Below are positions 9,353 to 19,104 of a DNA stretch of 64,000 bases, piece after piece. The position numbers and the translations under genes are program-made. The notes beneath the pieces were generated by a model, which saw only the letters and a list, made by a program, of their open reading frames with translations, did not search any database and was not told the DNA's origin. Source of the stretch: an uncultured Desulfobacteraceae bacterium (lineage in GTDB: Bacteria; Desulfobacterota; Desulfobacteria; Desulfobacterales; UBA5852). The DNA lies in the NCBI GenBank assembly GCA_942491115.1, contig CALNZV010000019.1:42142-106141 (forward strand), in the 5' to 3' direction. The first letter of the stretch is position 1. The number at the start of each line of letters is the position of its first letter.

Positions 9353-10696
9353 TCAGGGCCGGCTCGTCTGGTCCAAGGCCGCCCGGAGAGCCGTGTCAAA
9401 AATGTCTATGGCGGTGTCCACTTCCTCTTGGGTAACCGTCAGGGCCGGGCAGAACCGAATGCTGTTCTCTCCGCACCCAAGCAGCAGAAGGCCCCGTTCA
9501 AATGCGTGAGTGATGATCTCATTTCGAAGGGCTCTCTCCGGAATCTTGGTTTCTCGATCTCGAACGAGTTCCACCGCCACCATCAGGCCCTTTCCCCTCA
9601 CATCGCCCATGCACTCAAATGTCTGCTGGAGAGCATTCAGGTGGTCCATGAGATGGCTGCCCATATCTGCCGCATTGTCCATCAGGCAGGCTTCGACCAT
9701 ATCAATAGTGGCGAGAGAAGCCTCGCAGGACACGGGATTGCCCCCAAAGGTGGACGCATGGGATCCGGCCTCCCAATTCATGATATCCGCCCGGGCCACC
9801 ATGGCGCCTAAGGGCATGCCGGAGGCGATCCCCTTGGCCAGTGCCATGATATCCGGATCGACACCGAAGTGCTCGATGGCGAACATTTTCCCGGTCCTGC
9901 CGATGCCCGACTGAACCTCATCCGCCATAAAGAGAATGCCGTTTCGATCGGCGATGTCTTTGAGCCTCAAATGATAGTCGACGGGCGGCACGATATACCC
10001 GCCCTCCCCTTGGATCGGCTCAACGATGATGGCGGCCACCTCCTCCGGGGGCAATGTGGTCCTGAACAGGGTGTCTTCGATCCACTTAACGCAGTACAGG
10101 TCGCAGCCCGGGTAGGTCATCTGATAGGGACAGCGGTAGCAGTACGCGTATGGGATATGGGTGATGCCGGGCACGAAGGGATGATAGTTCCGTCTCTGAA
10201 CGGTTTTGCTGGCGGTAAGCGACAACGCACCCATGGTGCGTCCGTGAAAGGCGCCGTAAAAAGCGATGTTGAGCTCACGCTTGGTGTGCCAGCGGGCTAG
10301 TTTGAAGCCGGCTTCGACGGCCTCTGCACCGGAATTGCCGAAGTAGACTTTCTTTGGGTTCGTCCCCGGGGCCAGTTCAGCCAGTCGTCGGGAAAGAAGA
10401 ATCTGCGAGGTGTAGTAGAAGTCCGTGCCGGACATGTGAAGAAGGCGGTCGGCCTGACGTTTGATGGCATCCACCACCTGAGGATGGCAGTGGCCGGTAG
10501 CGCAGACCGCGATTCCCGAAGTAAAATCCAGGAATTCGTTTCCATCAACGTCATGGATCCACAACCCGCTGCCGTGGTCCACCACGACGGGATACATACG
10601 CGTGTATGAGGGAGACACGTAAACCTGGTCCAGTTGGATTAGATGGGATGCCTTTGGACCTGGAAGAGGAGTTAGAAGACGGGGGGTTCTGGCCAT
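9353..10696 (-). CDS. Class III PLP aminotransferase (4-aminobutyrate/acetylornithine aminotransferase family)
   Basis: LDFTSGIA, GNSGAEAVE, FHGRT, EPIQGEGG, DEVQSGIGRTG, LAKG (PLP Lys), STFGGNP. Confidence 0.93.
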   Translation of the reverse strand: MARTPRLLTPLPGPKASHLIQLDQVYVSPSYTRMYPVVVDHGSGLWIHDVDGNEFLDFTSGIAVCATGHCHPQVVDAIKRQADRLLHMSGTDFYYTSQILLSRRLAELAPGTNPKKVYFGNSGAEAVEAGFKLARWHTKRELNIAFYGAFHGRTMGALSLTASKTVQRRNYHPFVPGITHIPYAYCYRCPYQMTYPGCDLYCVKWIEDTLFRTTLPPEEVAAIIVEPIQGEGGYIVPPVDYHLRLKDIADRNGILFMADEVQSGIGRTGKMFAIEHFGVDPDIMALAKGIASGMPLGAMVARADIMNWEAGSHASTFGGNPVSCEASLATIDMVEACLMDNAADMGSHLMDHLNALQQTFECMGDVRGKGLMVAVELVRDRETKIPERALRNEIITHAFERGLLLLGCGENSIRFCPALTVTQEEVDTAIDIFDTALRAALDQTSRP

Positions 10697-10979
10697 GAGC
10701 GCCTCGCAGTGTGACAGATTTACGGCAGGCCCATCGAGGCGGTTCCCTGGCAGCAGCGGCGAGCGGAGGGACTCTGGATGAACCGTCCAATGAAAGGCAG
10801 TGCAAATCGATCGGAGAATCGACGGGAACCGGGGACGAGTTTACAGAGCAATGGATTGAAGGTCAAGAAAGGGCCCCAGAAATAGGAACCGGCGCCCCAT
10901 CAGGATCCAGCGATGGTCCACGGATTTCGGGGAGAATGGAATGTCCTCAGGCAGCGGGGGGAAAGACTTTCCCGGAGAG

Positions 10980-11490
10980 CAGATGGCTCGATGTCCAAGA
11001 GGAGGTTAATGCCTCCGTCTGTTTGGACCATGCCGAGAATATGGCGGGAATCACCCCCCGTTCCCAGCCCCGGAATTGACTGGACATCCGAAGACCGGAT
11101 GGCCGGCACGTCAGAGACCGAATCGACGGCAATGCCCATTTTCGGGTGCATGTAGCGATGCATCAACCGCAGGTCGTCCAACTGGGGGAAGAGATCGCCT
11201 GTCTTGATGCCATCCGGCTCAGTCAAGACGTTTTTCAGCACCGGCACCTTCAGACCGACGGTTTTCTTCGGATCCAGGAATGCCATGCCGATCTCCTCGG
11301 CCCACTCGGGATTCTTCTCGATGACCCACCGGCCTCGACCAGAAGACTCACCAGTTCCTGAACCGCCTCCGGATGTGCGTCGATCAATTCCCGCCGCAAT
11401 GCCACGCCGCCACATGGGTGGTTCTCCCGGAGCTCACTGGAGAGACACTGGAGTTCTGCGACGCCGCCGGCAAATACCTTTGCCCCAGGT
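10980..11490 (-). pseudogene. Decayed chimera: C-terminal part of a NitT/TauT (CmpA/NrtA-like) solute-binding protein joined to the C-terminal half of a CheW domain
   Basis: AELQCLSSELRENHPCGGVAL..HPEAVQELVSLLVEAG, frameshift at about 11325, then IEKNPEWAEEIGMAFLDPKKTVGLKVPVLKNVLTEPDGIKTGDLFP..RYM..KMGI, then AVDSVSDVPAIRSSDVQSIPGLG..HILGMVQTDGGINLLLDIE (CheW-like). No credible start codon or N-terminal half. Confidence 0.7.
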
Positions 11491-12145
11491 CTGTGACTCC
11501 AAAGGCTGGGGTGGGCTTGGGGCAATAAAGAAGCAACGCTGCCGCATCAGGCAGAAAAAAACTAAAAATAAAAGACCTGACCCTCATTCACTTTTTACAT
11601 AGCCAGGAAACCAAATAGGGCTCCATTACTGATCGATTGAGAGTATCCCAAGAAAAGTGGGACTGCCAAATCGTGTGTTTACATACCAATCCTCAACGCA
11701 GAGCCAGACGTCTACCGGCTGCTTGTCTATTTAGACTGTCAATTTTTACTATGTGAAATCATGCTCGTCACCGTTCCATGGGCGTGAATGGTTCCTTCCT
11801 CATCCATTAAATTTACCTTCCGGAAATTCCCGACATAGAAAATTGCGGTTATTCAGGATTCTCCAGTACGGGTCTTGGCGGCCTTGGTGGCTCAGACAGT
11901 CGCCCAGCATCCGATCCGACACCCATTGACCGCCGATATGGACCGTCTAAAACTTTTTAGATAACCGAGTAGAAAATAGCTAATGACATCGCCTATGGCT
12001 TTCAGCCTTACACCAAATGGTATTGGTTTCAGCAGTTTTTCAGCGAGTGTCGAACAGGTTTTAAGCTGCCGCCTCAGAAGCAATGATCAAGGACTGTTTG
12101 TAGAAGGATATTCAAAGGATGGAGACCAAACGGAGACCAAAATAG

Positions 12146-12181
12146 ATCAGGGGCTTGCAGCAGACGCCGCAAGCCCCTGAT
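12146..12181. terminator. 13-bp perfect inverted repeat just downstream of tRNA-Phe (terminator and/or att-junction hairpin)
   Basis: ATCAGGGGCTTGC-N10-GCAAGCCCCTGAT. Confidence 0.7.
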
Positions 12182-12186
12182 TTCAG

Positions 12187-12262
12187 TGGTGCCGAGGGAC
12201 AGAATCGAACTGCCGACACGGGGATTTTCAGTCCCCTGCTCTACCGACTGAGCTACCTCGGC
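12187..12262 (-). tRNA. tRNA-Phe (GAA)
   Basis: GCCGAGG acceptor, TAGCTCAGTCGGTAGAGCA D-arm, GGGGA-CTGAAAA-TCCCC anticodon arm, GTTCGATT T-loop, encoded CCA; 76 nt. Confidence 0.98.
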
Positions 12263-12758
12263 AAGCGCAGATAATCACGGGAAGGATCGGGGGAGAATCC
12301 GGTAACGATCTATATCCCCGAAATGTGGGAAGGCTATATGGCATAGGCGTTTCGTTCTGTCAAGCGGTTTTGAGATGACCGGTATCATGGCATTGCCCGG
12401 TGTTGTCGACGGCGGTCGGCCCGGCTCATATCCGCCCTGTTCTCTTCTTTGTGTCCGAATCCATGGCTCGAACAGTGACACCCCCACCGATATATCCAAG
12501 AGAAAATACATGGTTTCCGAACTTGTAATTCCCATATTCGTGCTAAGTATATTGCGCATATGAACAAAACAAGGGACAATCATAGCCGCCGCCCCGTACT
12601 TTCCAACATCAGCGACAGAACGTGACTCCGGTTGCGGTCAACTCAAGCTCTCTCCACTTGCCGGAACCCACTGATGGAGGACAATCTCACCAACGGGGCA
12701 GGCCTTTGATGGTTACCTCGCTTTTCAAGCCCTTAATTCGACTTTTAAAAGGAGGTTT

Positions 12759-13577
12759 TTGATGGAAGACATTATCGCTAGAATTTATGAAATCCTGACC
12801 GTCTATGGCCTAAAGGTTCTGGCCGCTATCGTCATCCTCATTATTGGTCGCATCGTCTCAAAAATGGTTTCCAACATCGTGCACAAATTGATGCAGAAAA
12901 AAGATGTGGATCCCACCATCACCAGCTTTGTCAGCAACCTGACCTATTACGCGCTGTTCACCTTTGTCATTCTTGCGGCGCTGACCCGGTTGGGCATCCA
13001 GACGACCTCCTTCATTGCCGTTATCGGTGCCGCAGGCCTCGCGGTGGGCTTGGCCCTTCAGGGGTCCCTGTCGAATTTTGCAGCCGGCTTCCTGCTAATC
13101 ATTTTTAGACCTTTCAAGGTGGGAGACGTGATCGAAGGAGGGGGCACAACCGGCGCCGTCGAAAAAATCCAGATATTCACGACGACCCTGAGAACGCCCG
13201 ACAACAAAACCATTATCGTTCCCAACACCAAGCTCACCGACGACAACATCGTCAATTACTCAACCCAGGGGACCCGTCGGGTGGATATGGTGATGGGCAT
13301 CGGATACGGCGACGATATCGACAAGGCCCGGCAGATCATCTTTGACGTCATGGCGGCTGACGAACGAATTCTGAAAGACCCGAAACCCTCCGTCGCCGTA
13401 AGCGAGCTTGCGGATTCGAGCGTCAACTTCGTTGTCAGACCCTGGTCCACGGTTGCAGACTACTGGGGGGTGATGTTCGATACCACCGAGAAGGTCAAAA
13501 AGCGATTCGACGAAGAGGGCATCTCCATTCCCTTTCCCCAGCGGGACGTTCACCTCTACGAGCACAAGGCCGATTGA
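12759..13577 (+). CDS. mscS: Small-conductance mechanosensitive channel
   Basis: GLAVGLALQGSLSNFAAG, RPFKVGD, VPNTKL, TRRVD, GISIPFPQRDVH. AGGAGG RBS. Confidence 0.95.
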   Translation: MMEDIIARIYEILTVYGLKVLAAIVILIIGRIVSKMVSNIVHKLMQKKDVDPTITSFVSNLTYYALFTFVILAALTRLGIQTTSFIAVIGAAGLAVGLALQGSLSNFAAGFLLIIFRPFKVGDVIEGGGTTGAVEKIQIFTTTLRTPDNKTIIVPNTKLTDDNIVNYSTQGTRRVDMVMGIGYGDDIDKARQIIFDVMAADERILKDPKPSVAVSELADSSVNFVVRPWSTVADYWGVMFDTTEKVKKRFDEEGISIPFPQRDVHLYEHKAD

Positions 13578-13624
13578 TCTCTGGGTGAATAGCAATACCA
13601 GACATATCGAACCATCGATTTGAG

Positions 13625-13661
13625 AAGGCCTCTTGCCAGGGGGATCTGTGGCGGGAGGCTT
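13625..13661 (+). terminator. Hairpin between convergent mscS and rsmE
   Basis: AAGGCCTCTTGCCA-N9-TGGCGGGAGGCTTT, 14 pairs including 3 G-U. Confidence 0.5.
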
Positions 13662-13708
13662 TCGCTTTGTCTTCGCCGCTCCTGCATCCGCGCCGATAGG
13701 GGCATCCA

Positions 13709-14482
13709 CTAACGCCGTGGGTACCACACCCCCGCAGTTTGCAAATCCCCAAAAAAATACTGGGCCAATGTGCAGGCGGCAATCGTGGCGGTTTCCGCCC
13801 TCATTATCCGGGGGCCAAGGGATACCGGTACAAACCCGCAATCCTGCGCCCGGCCGGCCTCTGCCTCGGAAAAACCGCCTTCCGGCCCTAAAACCAAGAG
13901 CACCCGATGGGGGGCATCCCTGTTTCCGGCCACGATATCCGGTCGTTCAAAGGGTTGACGGGCCTCCTCCCAAAACAGAAATATACGGTCCCAATCGTTT
14001 GATGCCGACAGCAGGGCATCCCAGTCCATGGGATCATGGATCCGAGGAACGGTTGGCCGGCGACATTGTTTCACGGCCTCCCGTGCGATAGACCGCCAAC
14101 GCTCGATCCGACGGTGCCAACGAGCGGCATCCGGCCTGGAGACGGACCGCTCTGAGATAAACGGCAGCCAGTCCGTTATCCCCAGTTCCGTCAGCTGCCG
14201 AACCAGTCCGTCCATTTTTTTGTCCTTCAGCAGCGCCTGGGCAATGCCGATAGTCCCTTCGGGGGGGACTGGGTGCCGGGAGACTCCCAGAATAGTCACC
14301 GTCACCTTTCGGGGAGAGAGGGACCGGATACGGGCGTCATAGGCCATACCGTCCCCGTCCAGCAGACCAATTCGATCGCCCGGCCCGAGCCGCAAAACGT
14401 TTCGGATGTGTTGAACGTCCCCGCCGTATATGGCCGGCTTGGGGCTTTGAAGCTCTTCGGCATCGATGAAAAAGAAACGCAT
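13709..14482 (-). CDS. rsmE: 16S rRNA m3U1498 methyltransferase
   Basis: HIRNVLRL, KMDGLVRQLTELG, EAVKQCRR, LGPEGGFS, SLGPRIMRAETA. Confidence 0.95.
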   Translation of the reverse strand: MRFFFIDAEELQSPKPAIYGGDVQHIRNVLRLGPGDRIGLLDGDGMAYDARIRSLSPRKVTVTILGVSRHPVPPEGTIGIAQALLKDKKMDGLVRQLTELGITDWLPFISERSVSRPDAARWHRRIERWRSIAREAVKQCRRPTVPRIHDPMDWDALLSASNDWDRIFLFWEEARQPFERPDIVAGNRDAPHRVLLVLGPEGGFSEAEAGRAQDCGFVPVSLGPRIMRAETATIAACTLAQYFFGDLQTAGVWYPRR

Positions 14483-14639
14483 ATGGATTTCCTGGTGAAG
14501 AAATATTGGCCTAACTGCCTTTTAATCAAGGAAATTCCAAAAGGCAAACGCCTTGACACTTTTTTATTTAACGTGGTAACGATGTAAATTAAACTGCCAA
14601 TTCGTAATGATCTGACGGCCCTTCCAGGGAGTAGGCAAC

Positions 14640-15377
14640 ATGAGCGAACATTCCCCCTTCTCGGATGAAACCGCTTCCGGCGAAAGCGACAAACACCCCA
14701 TCATCGATCTGACCCAAACGGTCGATTCAATCACTCCGGAAACTGCGGATATCATCGAACTGACCGACCGGATAGACGATTCGGAAGGGATTGTCGAACT
14801 GACCCATGTCATTGGGCCGGACGCTCTGGAACCCGAAGACTTCCCGTCCACGGAACCTCTTTTTTCCGATGACAGGCCGGAGACGGTCAGCGACACGTCC
14901 GTTTCCGATGCCGGACATCCGGCAGATACCGGCGACACCGCTTCAACCCCGGACGTCCCCGGGGAGGAAATCGCCTTTGGCGAACTTGCCTTCTCGGAAG
15001 CCGATTTAACGGACAGCTTCTCGGAAGAAATCTCCAACACCCTGGATTTTAATCTCGATGCCGGTATCATGCCCGACACCGCTGAAGAGGCGGATCCCAT
15101 GGATTTCAACTTCTCAGCAGGCGATTGGACCGAAGCGATTGACAGCGACGAGGCTGCCGTCACCCTCTCCGGCACGGAAACCCCCGGCAACCTTGTCGAG
15201 GTAGCCGGTCATGCCATCGATCCAGACCTGATTGAAGCTGCGGTCGAAAAAGTCATTCGACGACGGTTTGCCGAAAAAATCGATCTGTTGATCGAAGCGG
15301 CCATCGAAAAAACGGTCGCCTCCGAGATCGAACGCCTCAAGAAGCGCCTCCTTGGCGATGGAAATATAGCCGAATAA
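14640..15377 (+). CDS. Highly acidic, low-complexity protein with C-terminal amphipathic helices (PopZ/DUF2497-like architecture)
   Basis: D/E/P/T-rich middle, N-terminal IIDLT/IIELT/IVELT repeats, C-terminal IEAAVEKVIRRRFAEKIDLLIEAAIEKTVASEIERLKKRL. Confidence 0.75.
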   Translation: MSEHSPFSDETASGESDKHPIIDLTQTVDSITPETADIIELTDRIDDSEGIVELTHVIGPDALEPEDFPSTEPLFSDDRPETVSDTSVSDAGHPADTGDTASTPDVPGEEIAFGELAFSEADLTDSFSEEISNTLDFNLDAGIMPDTAEEADPMDFNFSAGDWTEAIDSDEAAVTLSGTETPGNLVEVAGHAIDPDLIEAAVEKVIRRRFAEKIDLLIEAAIEKTVASEIERLKKRLLGDGNIAE

Positions 15378-15493
15378 CGCTGCTGCCGATGCCTTCCATC
15401 CAGTGACCCCTCTGGGACCCAACAAGACGAATCCTATCGCAGGAACACCGGGGATTATTCGCTAATCCCCGGTTCTATTGAGGAGAGACGACG

Positions 15494-18175
15494 ATGACTT
15501 CGATGCTTCTGGATAAAGGGTATGAGCCACAGGACGTGGAAAAACGCTGGTATCGGCACTGGGAGGAGGAGGGGCTCTTTTCCGCAGCGGACCGTGATCC
15601 AAATCCAGCCTATGCCATCGTTATCCCTCCGCCAAACGTTACCGGTGTTCTCCACATGGGCCATGCCCTCAACATCACTCTACAGGACGTGCTGTGTCGC
15701 TACCGACGGCATCGAGGAGACAATGTGCTATGGATGCCGGGAACGGATCACGCGGGCATTGCCACTCAAAACGTTGTCGAACGTAAACTCGCCGAAGAGG
15801 GAAAGGACCGGCACCAATTGGGTCGGGAGGCGTTTATCGACGCCGTTTGGAAATGGCGAGAAACGTACGGCAGCGCCATCATCAACCAGTTGAAACGTCT
15901 CGGCGCCAGTTGCGACTGGCCAAGGGAGCGCTTTACCATGGACGAGGGACTGTCCAAAGCGGTGCGGACGGTCTTCGTAAAACTCTACGAACAGGGGCTC
16001 ATTTACCGGGGCCAGTACATCATCAACTGGTGCCACCGATGCAGCACGGCATTGGCGGATCTTGAAGTAGAGCACGAGGAAATCGACGGGCACCTCTACC
16101 ACATCAGCTATCCGTTTGCCGATGGCAGCGAGGGCCTGGTGGTTGCCACCACCAGACCGGAAACCATGCTTGGAGACACCGCTGTCGCGGTCAATCCCAA
16201 CGACGAACGATACCGCCACTTGACCCAGACCTCGGTTGTGCTTCCCCTCATGAAGCGCGAGATTCCAATTATCCGTGATGATTATGTGGATATGGCCTTC
16301 GGGACCGGCGCCCTTAAGGTGACCCCGGCCCATGACCCCAACGATTTCGAGATCGGAAACCGCCATCATCTCCCACGGGTAAAGGTGATCGGCGACGACG
16401 GACGGATGACCGATGCGTCCGGGCGCTTCGAAGGACTGGACCGCTTCGAATGCCGAAAGGCCGTGATCGAGGCCCTTGAGACTGACGGGCTGCTGCTCCG
16501 TATCGAACCCATTCGCCATGGAGTGGGCCACTGCTACCGGTGCAAAACGGTCATTGAGCCCAACCTGTCCAAGCAGTGGTTTATCAAAGTCAAACCTCTG
16601 GCTGAAAAGGCCATCGAAGCCGTGGAAACCGGGGCCACTCGAATCATTCCCGAGATGTGGACCCAGACCTATTTCGAGTGGATGGTCAACATCCGGGATT
16701 GGTGCATCTCCCGGCAGATCTGGTGGGGGCACCAGATCCCCGCCTGGACCTGCACCGGGTGCGGGCATGTGGTGGTGGCCATGGAGACGCCGGACGGATG
16801 CCCGGAGTGTGCCGGCAAAACGCTTGTACAGGAATCCGACGTTCTGGACACCTGGTTCAGCTCGGCCCTATGGCCGTTTTCGACCATGGGCTGGCCCGAG
16901 CAGACGCCCCTGCTGAAAACGTTCTACCCTACCGCCACCCTTGTCACCGGATTCGATATTCTCTTCTTCTGGGTGGCCCGCATGATGATGATGGGCCTCC
17001 AATTCATGGGCGATGTTCCCTTTCGGGATGTCTATGTCCATGCCCTTGTCCGGGACGAGCACGGGAAGAAAATGAGCAAGTCCAAAGGCAACGTCATCGA
17101 TCCTCTCAGCGTCATCGATACCTACGGCACCGATGCCTTCCGATTCACTTTGGCAGCCTTCGCCGCCCAGGGACGAGACATCAAGATGTCGGAAAGACGG
17201 GTCGAGGGCTATCGCCATTTCGTCAACAAGCTGTGGAATGCAGCACGGTTCTCCCTGATGCATCTGGATACATCTGAGATGTTAGGCCAGGGTGATGCGC
17301 TGTCGGTTCCCGACCGTTGGATTCTCTCCCGCCTCCGGCAGGTCACCGATTCGGTGAGCGACGCCCTGGACCACTACCGGTTCAACGAGGCCGCCGCCGT
17401 CCTTTATCAGTTTGTCTGGCACGAGTTCTGCGACTGGTATCTCGAAACCTCCAAATCGGCCCTTTACGGTGCTGAAGGCGACGGCAGACAGCAGGCCGCC
17501 AAAGCCGTGCTGTGGCGGGTGCTTCGAGATTGCCTCGTACTGCTTCACCCCTTCGTTCCTTTCGTGACGGAGGAAATATGGAGTAAATTGCCCGGAACGG
17601 AAGGATCGATCATGAAGGCCGTCTTTCCCGCCGACGACGACACTCTCCATCCCCTGGCCCATGATCCTGATGCCGAAAAGGCCATGACCCGTCTGGTTGA
17701 CGTGGTAACCGGTATCCGGAACATTAGAGGAGAAATGAATCTGCCTCCCGCCCTCAAGCTCAATGCCCGGGTTCAGTCCGACGATGCAGACCTGCGGCGG
17801 ACGGTTGACAGCTACGGCGATCTCGTAAAGACACTTGCCCGACTGGACCATCTTGCCGTGGAACCCATTGGTGAAAAACCCAAGGCATCGGCGACGTCCA
17901 TTGTGGACGGGGCCATGCTTTTCGTGCCCCTGGAAGGGGTGATCGATCTGGATCAGGAAGCTCAGCGGTTAAGCAAGGAAATCGGCAAAGTGGATGCCGA
18001 ACTGTCGAAGATCTCAAGGAAGCTGGAAAACGCCCAGTTTCTGAGCAAGGCGCCTGCTGATGTGGTGGCCAAGGTCAAGGATCAGCACCGGGGACTCACG
18101 GAAAAACGGGACCGACTGGATGCCAACCTTCAGAAAATCGCCGCCCTTTCCGGGACCAACGGCAGCACGGCATAG
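15494..18175 (+). CDS. valS: Valyl-tRNA synthetase
   Basis: [13 protein letters not shown] (HIGH), [29 protein letters not shown]-terminal coiled coil. Confidence 0.99.
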   Translation: MTSMLLDKGYEPQDVEKRWYRHWEEEGLFSAADRDPNPAYAIVIPPPNVTGVLHMGHALNITLQDVLCRYRRHRGDNVLWMPGTDHAGIATQNVVERKLAEEGKDRHQLGREAFIDAVWKWRETYGSAIINQLKRLGASCDWPRERFTMDEGLSKAVRTVFVKLYEQGLIYRGQYIINWCHRCSTALADLEVEHEEIDGHLYHISYPFADGSEGLVVATTRPETMLGDTAVAVNPNDERYRHLTQTSVVLPLMKREIPIIRDDYVDMAFGTGALKVTPAHDPNDFEIGNRHHLPRVKVIGDDGRMTDASGRFEGLDRFECRKAVIEALETDGLLLRIEPIRHGVGHCYRCKTVIEPNLSKQWFIKVKPLAEKAIEAVETGATRIIPEMWTQTYFEWMVNIRDWCISRQIWWGHQIPAWTCTGCGHVVVAMETPDGCPECAGKTLVQESDVLDTWFSSALWPFSTMGWPEQTPLLKTFYPTATLVTGFDILFFWVARMMMMGLQFMGDVPFRDVYVHALVRDEHGKKMSKSKGNVIDPLSVIDTYGTDAFRFTLAAFAAQGRDIKMSERRVEGYRHFVNKLWNAARFSLMHLDTSEMLGQGDALSVPDRWILSRLRQVTDSVSDALDHYRFNEAAAVLYQFVWHEFCDWYLETSKSALYGAEGDGRQQAAKAVLWRVLRDCLVLLHPFVPFVTEEIWSKLPGTEGSIMKAVFPADDDTLHPLAHDPDAEKAMTRLVDVVTGIRNIRGEMNLPPALKLNARVQSDDADLRRTVDSYGDLVKTLARLDHLAVEPIGEKPKASATSIVDGAMLFVPLEGVIDLDQEAQRLSKEIGKVDAELSKISRKLENAQFLSKAPADVVAKVKDQHRGLTEKRDRLDANLQKIAALSGTNGSTA

Positions 18176-18205
18176 AGGCGTCCGCAGCGGAGGGATGGGG
18201 CACAG

Positions 18206-19057
18206 ATGGACGAACTGAACAGAGAAATACCGTCGGTAACGAAACTGCTTCGGCTCGCATTGGAAGAGGATATCGGCACTGGAGACGTGACCACCGATGC
18301 CATCATTTCGTCCCATGCCCACGGAACGGCAGAAATCGTGGCCAAGGCCCCCCTCGTTCTCGCCGGCGTGACACTGGCCGAGGCCGTCTTCCGGGCGCTG
18401 GACCCCCAAGTGACGTTTTCCCCCCATCACCGGGACGGGGATCGCCTGGTGCCGGGAGATACTGTCTGCCGAATATCCGGGCGGCTGAGGGCATTGCTCA
18501 CGGGGGAGCGGACGGCTCTCAACTTTCTCCAGAGGCTCTCCGGGATCGCCACCCACGTTCACGACTATATGACGTTATTGGGCGACCGGTCGGTTCGCCT
18601 CGTGGACACCCGAAAAACCATTCCCGGCTGGCGGGTACTCGAAAAATACGCGGTTCGGATCGGGGGCGCCTTCAATCACCGAATGAGCCTAAGCGACGGC
18701 ATTCTCATCAAAGACAATCATATTGCCGCGGCCGGCGGAATCAGGGAGGCGGTAGACGCGGTGCGTCGTTTCCGAAGCCATCTCCTTCGCATCGAGATCG
18801 AAGTCACCGACATCGAGGAGGTCGAGGAAGCCGTGGCCGCCGGCGCCGATGTGATCATGCTGGACAACATGTCATTGGAGCAAATCCGCAAATCCGCAGA
18901 CCTGATCAAGGGAAAAGCACTCGTTGAGGTTTCCGGAGGGGTGACCCGCGACCAGTTGGCCGACCTCGTCGACGCGGGCGTAGACATCATCTCCTCGGGC
19001 GCCCTCACCCATTCGGCCGTTTCCGTAGACATCAGCATGTCCGTCAGGGAGGACTGA
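18206..19057 (+). CDS. nadC: Nicotinate-nucleotide pyrophosphorylase (quinolinate phosphoribosyltransferase)
   Basis: GERTALNFLQRLSGIAT, DTRKT, HRMSLSDGILIKDNH, IMLDN, EVSGG. Confidence 0.97.
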   Translation: MDELNREIPSVTKLLRLALEEDIGTGDVTTDAIISSHAHGTAEIVAKAPLVLAGVTLAEAVFRALDPQVTFSPHHRDGDRLVPGDTVCRISGRLRALLTGERTALNFLQRLSGIATHVHDYMTLLGDRSVRLVDTRKTIPGWRVLEKYAVRIGGAFNHRMSLSDGILIKDNHIAAAGGIREAVDAVRRFRSHLLRIEIEVTDIEEVEEAVAAGADVIMLDNMSLEQIRKSADLIKGKALVEVSGGVTRDQLADLVDAGVDIISSGALTHSAVSVDISMSVRED

Positions 19058-19104
19058 CCTCGGACCGGCAGGTCCCAGGGGCACTGCCGCCGGTCGCATC
19101 ATCC

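Noticed and set aside
11983-12180. 65-aa ORF as an integrase C-terminus
   Set aside because: No catalytic R-H-R-H-Y residues are visible; only its position next to the tRNA is suggestive.
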